From: Negaprion brevirostris
Taxonomy: Eukaryota
NCBI GenBank assembly: GCA_030324005.1
Contig: JARDVH010000163.1
Span: forward strand, 94,051,366 to 94,115,365
Reading direction: 5' to 3'
Length of the DNA stretch: 64,000 nucleotides
Within the stretch, counting starts at the first letter, position 1. Every line of letters starts with the position of its first letter. Position numbers and translations under genes: made by a program. Under the pieces are notes generated by a model. That model was not told the origin of the DNA. It saw nothing but the letters and a program-made list of their open reading frames with translations, and did no database searches. Of this stretch, positions 39,936 through 51,746 are shown one piece after another.

Positions 39936-40235
39936 ATGAATAGAGTCAAGGATAAATTTGAGAACAAAGTCAAGATGGCTATTGTACATTTTTGTTTATT
40001 TGTCATTTACTTATATGGGCATTGCTACTGTGGAAACGGGCCTTCTGAGCTGGCCAAGAAGGGCAGCCTTCCAGTATATTTTCATTTCAGTGAGCTTCAG
40101 CAGCATAGCACTTCCTGTTTATTCAACATCTTTACACCATTCTTCAGCCCCCGCTTCACAGCAACAGCCAAAGAACAACTGCAAGCCAACGGAAATTTAG
40201 AGGCATTAAGATCTTTCGGTAAACTTCCCCACTCT
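39936..40235 (+). CDS. FOXP1: Putative alternative first coding exon of the FOXP1-like gene (100 codons), spliceable in frame to 41586
   Basis: ATG 39936 (atcATG) and in-frame ATG 39975 (aagATGG, strong Kozak); open for 300 nt to TCT|gtaatt (phase 0, weak donor). Contains LQQHSTSCLF and RSFGKLPHS, resembling the recalled human FOXP1 alternative N-terminus (..VLQPHSTSCLFKHLF..RAPFAKLFIFS|ALQVARQ). Translation is not demonstrated. Confidence 0.55.
40110..40123 (-). promoter_or_regulatory. FOX:ETS composite motif
   Basis: ACTTCCTGTTTATT = AATAAACAGGAAGT on the minus strand, an overlapping forkhead plus ETS site matching the established endothelial FOX:ETS motif. Confidence 0.55.
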
Positions 40236-41585
40236 GTAATTATTTGTGTCATATCCAGAATTAAATCTGCCAATTAAACAGTCCCAGTGAGCCGAGTAGG
40301 GGAGCTGTCGAAAGATGCAAATGTTATGATTTAACCTTAAATTGATGGTAAATTAGGTCATGCTGAGGAATAAGGAAAATTTTACGAAGAATCAATTTAT
40401 ATTTTTATCAGTCAGTTTTGTGTATAAATACTGGGGGTGACTTGTACAACCAAAAAAGTTTGCTTCATAAAGTCAAATAACAGGTAGTAACAAAGAACAA
40501 CTCGTCTGCCAAAGCACATATAATGAATGTTTTCTAAATAATATTTAACTCCATAAAAGTTGCCTTTTGTGATTAAGAGTGGTCAGATGTTTGGAACTGG
40601 TCTGAACTGTTTGTTTAATAGTAGGAGTAATCACATGGGGGAGGGGAATGGAAAGAGTGACTGAATTTATTTACTCAGATGTTATACTGATGTAGGTGTG
40701 GAACTGAAAGTCATTGTGGGAACTGTGGGTTGGTTTTTGTTGGTATCTTCATAGTTCTGATGGTCATCGAATTTCCCAGCTTGTTGGTTTTGTTTATTCT
40801 GGACAGTCTAAGTTTGATTATTTATCAGAAGGAAAAGGGAGTAGTTTGGGCATAAAACGCCTATGCTGGGTTTTATTTTTCCAGCAGCCAGAAGCATGGT
40901 TTAGTGCATTGCAAATCTTTTAAAGACAGCATTCTATGGTATGATTTATTTTGATGAAAGAGAGTAGAATTTTTAATTCAGTTCTAATTATCCCAAGCAG
41001 CATCGTACTTATAAGTAAACAAATGGCTAATAATGTTCTTCACGTCCAACTTTTTGTATTATTAGGATAGTTTCATGATTTCTTTTTGGTTTGTAAGATA
41101 TTTTAATATATCCCATTTTATTATTCTCCCACTCATAGCCCAAGGGATTCTTTGGTTTAGCTGTTTTGTAACATTCTAGCCAGCTCTTCATAATGCATTG
41201 TTCCTTTGGAAAATTTGATATCTACTGACAACCATCCATCAATATAGTCTGAAAATGGAATACTCTTTTAGTGCAAAAAGGAGACATCAGAATGCAGAAT
41301 ATTTCGTAGATATACCTTTATGTTCAATAAAAAGCATGTTAACTTTAAAGAGACTTCCAGAATTTAATGTTGCAGAATTATATGTGGCACTGTCATCAAT
41401 CGAAATAAATTTCATTTATCTATTTAAAAAATTTCTTTTAGGGTGTTAGCTGTGGAGGTTTGAGCTGTAAAACAAACTCTATGAAGCACCATTTGTGGTA
41501 ACTCTTCTTTGTGTAACAGAGTAGTAAACTGTCCCATTGGGTCTATTTATGGTTAAAAGGTGAATGTTATTCTTTTTTTATGTAG

Positions 41586-41675
41586 GCTTTTCAAGTTGCA
41601 CGACAGCTCCTGCTGCAGCAACAAGCCAGTGGGCTAAAGTCTCCCAAGGGAAATGACAAGCAACCGACCCTACAG
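41586..41675 (+). CDS. FOXP1: Internal coding exon of a FOXP-family forkhead transcription factor (N-terminal Q-rich region), best match FOXP1
   Basis: Acceptor ttcttttttatgtag|GCT and donor CAG|gtaagt; 90 nt, phase 0-0; translates [30 protein letters not shown]. Compare human FOXP1 [11 protein letters not shown]7VSGLKSPKRNDKQPALQ and FOXP2 [34 protein letters not shown] family near-certain; the paralog call rests on VAR and NDKQPxLQ plus the upstream exon. Confidence 0.9.
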
Positions 41676-42819
41676 GTAAGTGTATATTTATAGATTATAT
41701 GTATAACGTGTGCATGTTTGAACTGTTCTTAGATAGGAAGAATGTGAAGTGGACAATTTTGACGTGGGTGTCATGTGCTATACTTAATGGAATGATGCAA
41801 AATAATCTTTAATGATCTGTGTGCTAACCAGATCTGATGTTAGGTAGTGAAGAAGTGCTTTGTTGTGTTGTTGGTGTCTAAAAACTCCCTTAGAAAATCA
41901 AATATGACTACTTTGACCTTTCAGCTTATATGTGAGTATTCAAATAACTTGAAAGGATCAAATGAGCCACTGTTCATAGTCAAACTAGGAATTTTGTTAC
42001 AGAGGATACTCTTATAGTCAGTTCTATTACAGAACCAATCTGATTCTTATGAAGGGTTGGTGCCACTGAACTGAGGTATCATTATTAAAATTCAGTTTTA
42101 TTAAGGCATTCAAAACATAATTAAATAAAATGCTATATTTATTCTAATACCACTTTGGGTCTTTGATATTTATATATAAATCTACATACTGTTAATACCA
42201 TGAATGATTTTTGCTCTCTGCTTTGTCTCTTGCTCACAAAAAACATGAAATGAAATGCACTCCAGCAATATGCATTCATGCCATTTTATTGGCCACACTA
42301 AAATTGAACATTAAAAAAAGTTCTGATTTCCCTAAACTGGGTTGAAGTAAAATGACCTTGAGCTAGGATTACAACATTTTCATGGTAAAGAAAGATTTAT
42401 ATCAGCCAGTATACTTTTGATATTAAAAAAAGAAAAAAAAACTAAAAGTGATTTATGTTTCCATTTTGTATTTGGAAATTTTTTCTCACTTTAAACTATG
42501 TGCACCTCCACTGATCATAGCCCTGTTCTCCACTGACATCCACACACACATCACTGAAATTTTGTACCCTGCCAAGTTCAGGAATGGAGCATAATGGAGC
42601 CTGAAAATACTCGCGCCACTCGGCATGCCAATTTTCTGATTCTGTTCCTGCAGCTGCCCATTATTATGCTGAAGTGGTTTTCAAGCCAGTAGTGTTATCT
42701 GCCTCAGTGAGACAGGTAGCCAGTTGTGTCAGCCAGAGATAAAGAAGACTGTCTAGGATTTTTGCAGCGGGCTTCCAGTTTCCTGATGGGACAAAGGACC
42801 ATGTGACTGCTTGAATGCA

Positions 42820-43770
42820 TGAACATAAGAACTAGGAGCAGCAGTAGGCAATTCAGCCCTTTGTGCTTATTCCACCATTCAATACCATCATGGCTGTTCT
42901 TGTCTTGGCCTCAACACCACTTTTTTGTCCATTCTCCATAACCCTTCAACTCATTACTAATTAATAACCTGTCTATCCCTTCAAATTTACTCAATGTCCC
43001 AGCATCCACTGAATTCTGAGGTAGTGAATTCTATGGATTCACAACCCTTTTAGAGAAGCAATTTTTCCTCATCTCTGTTTTAAATTTTCTACCCCATATC
43101 CTAAAACTATGACCTCTTGTTCTAGATTGCCCTACAAGAGAACAGTCCTCTCTACATCTACCTTGTCAATCTCCTTTAGCATTTTACATGCCTCAATTAG
43201 ATCTTCCCTCGTTCTTCTAAATTCCATCATGTATAGGCCTAAACTGTTCAATCTGTTTTCAGAAGACAAACCTCTCATCTCTAGAATCAATCTAGTGAAT
43301 CTCCTCTGGATTATCTCCTATGCAACTACATCTGTCATCAAATAAGGGGACCAAAACTGTACACAATACTGCAGGTGTCACTAATGCCTTATACAATTGT
43401 CAATATATTCAAGAGGTGGCTAGATATAGCGCTTGGGTTGAAAGGGATCAAAGGTTATGGGAAGAAAGCAGGATTTGACGATCCCCATTGATGATCTGCC
43501 GTGATCGTGATGAATGGCGGAGCAGGATTGAAGGGACAAATGGCCTCCTCCTGCTCCTATCTTCTATGTTTCTATGTTCGTACAGTTGCAGCGACATTTC
43601 CCTACTTTTATACTGAATTCCTCAATAAATGCCAAAATTCCACTTGCTTTCCTTATTATTTACTGTACCTGTATACGAGTTTTCAACAATTCATGCACAA
43701 GGACACCCAGATCATTCTGCACTCTGAATTATCTCTCCATTTAGATAATAAGTTACCTTTCTATTTTTCT
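42820..43770 (-). mobile_element. CR1 LINE (minus) with a nested plus-strand CR1 3' end (~43400-43578)
   Basis: gaacataagaactaggagc reverse tail; the insert ends ttctatgtttctatgtt and is flanked by tacaattg / tacagttg (possible TSD). Confidence 0.85.
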
Positions 43771-46086
43771 GACATGGGCATTTCAGGCAGGATTACAGGC
43801 CCACCTTGTCTGTCTACTTGGTGTGGGTGCAGCCAAAGCCCGTCCACTGGAAGGATTCTTATCCAGCCCCCGGGGTTGGTGAGAGGCTATCTCCGTGCTG
43901 AAGCACTCTCTTAGTTACTTACCGTTTACTGTAGGTCTTTTAAACTGGAAGACCTATGATTGACCTTCCAGCTTTGAGAGCCCACCTGCTGCCCTTAATC
44001 ATAGAATCCTTAATCACAGAATGGTTACACTACAGAAGGTCATTTGTCCCACATTGTCATGACCTGGAAACTGTTGCAACTGCTGTTTCCCACTGGAAAA
44101 TCAGAGATCATATAATTAACACACACCATCAGTTGTGCTTGGAATCTCCCTAAAATTCTCATTGGATTAACTCTTCAAATCTTTTGGAGGAAGATCAAAT
44201 TTCAGTTGTAACCACATATATAAAAACTTGTTATTTTTGCATAGCTCCTCAAAGCCATGGTGATGGTAACTTATGCTATGAAAGTATCTTTGGTTAAAAA
44301 CAGATTTGTAATTCAGAGAATTCAAGCTACATGGTTTGTGCAGCTGAAGGACTAATTCTGAAGCTGTTGGTGAATAGGCAGAGAGCCTTGAATGACTGTT
44401 ACAAATTACCCCGCAATGCTGACAAATGCCTTTATTCACTGAAATAGCAAGAAAAAATACTAACTTGCTATTTCAGTGACATCATTGAAAATAATCTTTG
44501 TACTCAATTGATTGGCACAATTCAAATTTAATTTGGACATACCTTCCCTCCTCTGTCCTCACCAACACCCACCATCTGAAACAAGACTACATCTGGAAAT
44601 ACGTAGTTATATTCTATATATATAACTCTATATAGGTGGCAATTATTGAAAACTGTTGGAATATTCATTCCAGGGTATAAATTGGGCCAATTAATTACTG
44701 TTTGCTGGTTTAAATCTTTAAGCCTACTTTAACTTAAGACTTTTGGTTGCTTTAACCTTAAGTGAACAAGGTATCATTCTCTCTGAGCCATCATTACTTT
44801 TCAGTTATGCTTACAGAAACAAATTCAAATGCAGTGTTTGCAGGTTATGTGAAGCAGATATTATCAGCTTTTCATATTGGAATGCAAAACATTGCCTAAA
44901 GATATCTAACTCAATTCTCCAAGCTGAGGTAAAACATGTAACATTTTTTTGAGGAGGGACAAAGACAAACTAAGTATACTGGACTGGCTATAAGTGTGCA
45001 AATTGTTGACGGTTTCCCTTAAATATTCGATGTCTCCCTTCCCCTCCCCCACGACTTGGTTTACCCATAGAATCCTGCAAAAGAGACTCCCACCTAGCTA
45101 ATTAACATTATCACTGAAATGGTAGGGTTGAGTCATTAGTTCCATGTGCATTTAATTAGAGGCAGACTGAAATTGGATTTAACTTATTACTTTTCATGGA
45201 TCACTTTCTTGTCATCACTTCAAATTGGATTGCAGCCCCAGGTAACTAATTATGGGAGCCACAGGATCAAGAGTGAAGAAGAAGGTAATTAGGAACCACA
45301 GCGTTGGACCCTTGCTGATAGTCCACTAGTGCTGGGGAAAAATATAGTTTTATTTTGTAGCACTGCCACAAGCAGGGGCATTAAAATTGTGGAAATAATA
45401 TTCTGTTCTGTTTGGAATCATGGGAAGGCTGCTGCCACCTATTGCGGTTTATGTGATGTGCAGCTGTGTTGAAGATGTTATGTCCACATGGTTCCACAAT
45501 GAACTTCTTAATGTGTAGTTTAAACAAGTGAAGTCAACATATTGCATGTAGGCATGAGGTAATGCAAGAACTATGCACTCTGAGGCTTTTTCATTTGTGT
45601 GGAAAAAAAACACTATCAAACAAAACTGTGTAGCAGGATGTGGAACAAAACCTTAATGTTTTGGATTAGTGTACATGAGAATTGTCTGTACATTTGAGAT
45701 GTAACCAACTGATTTCCAAGTATTCCATTTGTGTAATTTTCTTATAGGATGAAAAGTATCTACTTCTATAGGATCATAAAACATATGTATTAAAAAAATT
45801 GATGGAAACATCATGACGTGGACTTTTCAAGCAGTGCTCATTGTTTCCTGTATAATGTTAGTAGGTTTAAGAAATAATATCTGGGCGCAAAATATAGACT
45901 GCAACACATTAGCCTTTACTACTGCGTAATTTTCCTTTAATGAACAGAAATCCACAACATTATGCACAAAAACTCAAGGCATCTTCNNNNNNNNNNNNNN
46001 NNNNNNNNNNNNNNNNNNNNNNNNNNNNNNNNNNNNNNNNNNNNNNNNNNNNNNNNNNNNNNNNNNNNNNNNNNNNNNNNNNNNNN

Positions 46087-46272
46087 CTGCACCTGCAGGC
46101 TGGGTTTTTGCGACTCATGCACAAGGACCCCGAGGTCCCTCTGCACCGTCGCCTGCTGCAGTAGGAATTCTGGTGAGGGACTTCCATCTCTGAAGGCTTT
46201 CAATTGGTGAGCCGGTGTAGACTCGATGGGCCAAATGGCCCCCTGCCACATTATAGGGATTCTATGTTTCTA
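46087..46272. mobile_element. Adjacent CR1 fragments (minus ORF2 piece, plus 3' end)
   Basis: VQRDLGVLVHESQK on the minus strand; gactcgatgggccaaatggcc..ttctatgtttcta on the plus strand. Confidence 0.8.
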
Positions 46273-48260
46273 AAAGTAAAACTTGCACCTTTCAAAGTGT
46301 AAGCATGGACTAATTGGGCCAATGGCCTTGCAAAACGAAATCCAGGAATGCTAACCTTTCTTCAAAGTCTGAAGCTTTTTCTGTTGGGAGCTGAGGGTCC
46401 TTTTCCTTTAGTTTGTGTAGGCAGCATTTGAACTACTGTGCTGTACACACCATAGCATTGTCCCAGCATATGTGCACCAAACGGCTCAAATCTGCAACTC
46501 ATTACTGCACAGCACTGGAGCCCATCCAGTGGTTAGAATATTTCCTGAAGCCTAGAATAACAGCAGTTAGTGCAAGCGCCACACTATAGAAGTGACAATG
46601 AGGGGCGGCCTACTCCTGTTGGCATGGTGCCCAGTCAGGAAAGCTAGTTAAGATAGCAAGACAGTAAGATTGCTGCCATCCGTATGTGTTGTGCTGTCGG
46701 ACTTGGACAAGACTGATTTTTTTTTCAAAGGAGAATGCGGTTTAAACAATGTGACAGCATCAATCTGCTCCACTTCTTGCTTGTGCTATGTAGAATTTGG
46801 TCTGTGATTATGTATTTTTTATGACTTCTCTTAAGTACTGTATGCAGCATATCTTTAATGACTTAAATTGGTTATTATGGATGTGCAGCTACTTTGCAAC
46901 TACTGCATACATTTTTACAACGGTACAAGTTCGGGAAAGATTGAAGACTTAAAAAATGTTTTTCTTGTCAAAAACAATTTGCAATGTATATCAGATATTA
47001 GAACCAGATTGTGGTAATTCTGCCTGAATTAAATAGCTGTTCTTGCTTTGTGTGCTTTCTCTAAGATAATGGACATCTAAGAAATCATAAGATTCCAAAC
47101 CCCACTACCCCTATAGCACTCACCATCCACCCTTTTTTCTTTAGCTAAAGATGTAAATTAATTTTTTGTCCATTCTGAGCCATTTTGTTGTTTGACTTAA
47201 CAGCCGTTGTCCATTGCATAAGCAGACTGGGGAAGGGGTGTGGTTCACATCTGTGTGTCTGCAGTTTTGAAAGCTTTAGGAATTTTCCTGAAACTTGAGT
47301 AATATGTCACTCAAAGTGAGGCTGTTGTAATAAATTTAATTACAATTGGAGAATCTTACATCTGCATGTTATGTCTGGATAAAAATATTTCTGCATCTTT
47401 TGCCCATTTCTGTTTCCTTGTTTACAGCTGAAGTTGTATGGCAATAATGCATAAAATTACTATTGCTAAATAACAACGAATACTCTATGACTTCTGAAAA
47501 TTCAAAAAGGCACATAGGTGTTTGTATTAAAACAGTTATTTTTACTTATTGTACCAATTTCAGCGGCTGGCTGAAGAAAAATGCCAGTTGCAGTTGCCTN
47601 NNNNNNNNNNNNNNNNNNNNNNNNNNNNNNNNNNNNNNNNNNNNNNNNNNNNNNNNNNNNNNNNNNNNNNNNNNNNNNNNNNNNNNNNNNNNNNNNNNNN
47701 NNNNNNNNNNNNNNNNNNNNNNNNNNNNNNNNNNNNNNNNNNNNNNNNNNNNNNNNNNNNNNNNNNNNNNNNNNNNNNNNNNNNNNNNNNNNNNNNNNNN
47801 NNNNNNNNNNNNNNNNNNNNNNNNNNNNNNNNNNNNNNNNNNNNNNNNNNNNNNNNNNNNNNNNNNNNNNNNNNNNNNNNNNNNNNNNNNNNNNNNNNNN
47901 NNNNNNNNNNNNNNNNNNNNNNNNNNNNNNNNNNNNNNNNNNNNNNNNNNNNNNNNNNNNNNNNNNNNNNNNNNNNNNNNNNNNNNNNNNNNNNNNNNNN
48001 NNNNNNNNNNNNNNNNNNNNNNNNNNNNNNNNNNNNNNNNNNNNNNNNNNNNNNNNNNNNNNNNNNNNNNNNNNNNNNNNNNNNNNNNNNNNNNNNNNNN
48101 NNNNNNNNNNNNNNNNNNNNNNNNNNNNNNNNNNNNNNNNNNNNNNNNNNNNNNNNNNNNNNNNNNNNNNNNNNNNNNNNNNNNNNNNNNNNNNNNNNNN
48201 NNNNNNNNNNNNNNNNNNNNNNNNNNNNNNNNNNNNNNNNNNNNNNNNNNNNNNNNNNNN

Positions 48261-48480
48261 TAGATCCCTCTGCAGACTTTCCACACCCTCCGCACAATTT
48301 GCTTTTCCACTTATCTTCGTGTCATCAGCAAATTTCAACACCCTACACTCAGCCCCCTCCTCCAGATCATCTATATAAATGGTAAACGGTTGAGGCCCCA
48401 GCACCAATCCCTGCGGCACTCCACTAGTCACCAACCGCCAATCAGAATAGCACCCACTGATACCAACTCTCTGCCTCCGG
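48261..48480 (-). mobile_element. Young CR1 reverse-transcriptase fragment (continues into gap)
   Basis: Open frame RRQRVGISGCYSDWRLVTSGVPQGLVLGPQPFTIYIDDL..KFADDTK..LQRDL. Confidence 0.93.
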
Positions 48481-48942
48481 TGCTTGTATACCGCCTGTGC
48501 TTGTGACAAGTATGCCTTGTTCAACCTTTTCAGATTGGCTGAGGGGGCACATTTCAATTGTTTTCTTGCTCATGAAATTTAGTCAAAATTCGGTAAGATC
48601 AGGTATCATAGAACAAAAATATCAATGTCCAAGCAATAAATTTCAGTAAAGAGTAATTAATAAAATGCCCATTAAAATGTGCCAAGCAGCAGATTCACCA
48701 GTTAAACCTCTTTATTTGCCATTTTGCTTAAGAAGCAAAGTTAGAGAGAGACACACAGACAAGGCTGCAGGGTCATAAGGCAAGGGTTAGGGATAAGCCT
48801 TAGCAGTAGAGCTGGATTTATCAAACATTGACCTTTACCCCTGGAGGCACACATTCTGTGGTGGCCTGAGCAGAATTCATATGAAAGCAGGTTATTTTTC
48901 AGCCTAGATTTTCCTCCTTTCCCAGTCTGCGTTGTGGATAGA

Positions 48943-48945
<3 letters not shown>

Positions 48946-48973
<28 letters not shown>
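48946..48973. repeat. (CA)14 microsatellite
   Basis: Directly visible. Confidence 0.95.
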
Positions 48974-49025
48974 TTCACTCCCCCTCACTCAAAGGCCTAC
49001 TTATCCAAGCTGCAGATACTACTGG

Positions 49026-49160
49026 GCCTACCCGAATTCCAGCCAGACTTTCTTGGCTGCCAGCTTCTCCCCAATCTATCTGACCTGACCTCCAGCCGCT
49101 CTGGACCTACCTGACCTCCAGCCACTCCCGGGTCTACCTGGCTTCTAGCTGCATCCAGAC
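49026..49160. repeat. Degenerate ~26-27 bp tandem repeat
   Basis: acctgacctccagccgctctggacct / acctgacctccagccactcccgggtct / acctggcttctagctgcatccagact. Confidence 0.7.
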
Positions 49161-50233
49161 TTAGCAACCACCACCTGTTGCTGGACAAATGTTGCTTTCT
49201 ACTTGCCACCCTACCTATCGCTTCTCTCCAGAGCTCTTCCACTCTGCTTTTCCTTGTGCCATCATTTTGGCCCTTTGTCCTTTCAGGGGCCGGTGCCTTC
49301 ACAGGACAGTGAGAGAGCACACACTCTGTCCTACGTAGGACAGAGTGTGGATGTTCTTGTCGCAAATTGCCCATCAGCCACAAATATGGCAGAGAGCAGA
49401 CTCTCTGATTGCACAAGCAGATTATTACAGATCTTTCATTCACTTACCGGTAATTTGAGGAGTGAGTCCATGGGGTGGATGCAGGGCCTCAGATGCCAGG
49501 TTGTGATCCCCAGGCAGGGTTTGGACAAACCTGCAGTTGACCTTGATAAATTGTGTTAGTGTGAGCTAAACAAGAAATTGTTCTTATGATTTGCATGCCA
49601 TTTATTTCCCTGCACCTTTAGTTTCTAAAGACAACTGACCTATCCAGGGAAAATATCAAATGGATATGAGATACTTACCCAATTAAATGGTGAGAAAATT
49701 GATGACAGTTGGATACCTTTTGTTATTGGCAAACAATTGGCAACAATAAATGTTCAGTTTAGAACATAGCATCAATATTGTGGCATAGTGGAGTTTATAT
49801 TTCCAGTTGGAATAGTTCTCCATCTTGCCGCTGACTGGATTGGCTGCCTAATGACACTACTTAAAGGTTAGGTCATTCAGCCCCACAAGTCTGTTCCATC
49901 ATTCCGTCAGATCATGCTGATTGGTATCTCAATCCCATTTGCTCACCTCTGTTCCATTCCATCTTGGTTTGAATGATAAAATAAGTTGGATTAACTCAAG
50001 GAAAGGCAAAGTTTGAAATGAAAATAGGGCAGACAGGAAGAAGATTGGGAAGGAAGGACCAAACGTCTACAGGAGGATTTACATTTATCATTTATATTTT
50101 AAGTTTCTTTGAGTTGTGTGAGATTGTTACATTAAGAAAGACACAGCTGACATTTGAGCAGCATTTTTCACCTGGATCTAATTATTTTCAGGATTTTTCC
50201 AAAATCAATAGCACATCATATTTTGAGTGTTTA

Positions 50234-50460
50234 CAACAACAACTTGCACTCGTACGACATTTGCAGCACAGAAACTCAGCCTAAACCACTCCGCAGATAC
50301 GCAAGGACAAATGAATGGTTAAAGAAAGAATTATTGGGGGGATCAAAAGTTTGGTGAGATGGGTGGGTTTTAATGAGTGCTTTATCATAGAAAAGGGGAT
50401 AGAGATTTCAGAGGCTTTTAGGAAGGGAATTCCTGTGTGTGGGGACTAGATAGCTGAAAT
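50234..50460 (-). mobile_element. L2-clade LINE 3' end
   Basis: caacaacaacttgcac.. start and ggaagggaattcc..agctgaa, as in the 3827 copy. Confidence 0.5.
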
Positions 50461-51039
50461 TGATTTTCTCAAATTAAGTTGCATTACCTAGAATGATTGT
50501 TTTTTTTTAAACCATTATGAAAATTCTGACAATAATGCCCTAGTTTTGGGAATGAGTGATGTGCATGAATAATGAGGTGCTGGTTAGCATTTGCTAAGGT
50601 GAGGACAGAGGCCATCAATCTCCTGTTTAAACATGCATTATATGTGTATGTTGTAAAAAACATACAGTTAAATGAGTTTGATCCTTACAATATATTTAAT
50701 GTAAATTATACATAAATATTTGATGAAAATGAATGAATAGAAATATTGTTTAAGTAATTTAGCACTTAAACAAGATGAGTTTGACCCAGAAAACCCCTGT
50801 AGCTGCCGCCACTTTACCATTGTAACTTTGGTAGTAAATGGGTTTTCAACCAAACTTGCATTCAAATTATGGTTGTGGACCAGGAGAAACACCCAGGAAA
50901 TTCCAGGTCTATAGCCTCAGTTTTAATATCACTTGAGAATGGGATACACACTGTTTATATGTCCAGTTTGCACCCAGTTCAATTCTCGGCTTCATCCATG
51001 TCAATGAAGTGTAAGATCAGGCTGGGCATAAATCAGATT

Positions 51040-51250
51040 CCTCACCATTTTTCACTCAGAAGGTGGTGAGTGAGTGGAATCGGCTGCCGTCGGTGGTGGT
51101 GGAGGCGAACTCGTTGGGGTCTTTTAAGAGACTTCTGGATGAGCACATGGGATTTAATGGGATTGAGGGTTATAGATAGGCCTGGTAGGTAGGGATATGA
51201 TCAGCGCAACTTGTGGGTCGAAGGGCCTGTTTGTGCTGTAGTGTTCTACG
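51040..51250 (+). mobile_element. CR1 LINE 3' end
   Basis: ttcactcagaaggtggtgagtgagtggaat (FTQKVVSEWN) and ggtcgaagggcctgtttgtgctgta. Confidence 0.85.
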
Positions 51251-51746
51251 ATCTCTGTTTAATGCACCACACTGCTTTTTTCCCAGATATGCTGTTAAAA
51301 TTAGGGTTTTAGATTTTATCAGATATACAAAAATCTATTTAATTAATTTGTTTTTGTTACAAGTCATTGTGTCAGAAAACATTTTTTGCTGCCTTTGCAG
51401 CAGCACTAGCGCTTGGCATCTTTTTAAATATTTTGTGCAACCGTAAATGTTTCTGAGTGTATATTAAAATAAATGTTCCTGTGAAATGACTTGATCGTTA
51501 AAAAGTGAACATATTTCATAATTTAGTGCATTGGCACATTTTACTACAAAGGTGATATACAAGTGTAAGTTATTATTCAAATATTTTATGGATGTGTTCG
51601 ATCCATTGATGTGCTGACCAAGTTGGATGAAGTAAAGTGGGAGGAGGCTTGTATGGAGCATAAAGTAGCAAAGGCCATTGGATTACTTGCGTCAGTAACC
51701 ATTGAGTGTAAAATCTCTATTTCTTCCCACCTCATACAACACTTCT

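Larger units (their letters stand above)
39650..40330 (+). promoter_or_regulatory. Candidate internal promoter / conserved element around the alternative exon
   Basis: Repeat-free block with forkhead cores GTAAAC (39805, 40219) and TGTTTATT (39993, 40116), a TGTCA TALE site (40001) and an ETS core; position matches an internal FOXP1 first exon. Confidence 0.5.

Noticed and set aside
47463-48385. Long ORFs of 245-351 aa (also 7842-8537, 18953-19437 and others)
   Set aside because: Length is an artefact of N-runs; only the CR1 RT piece is real.
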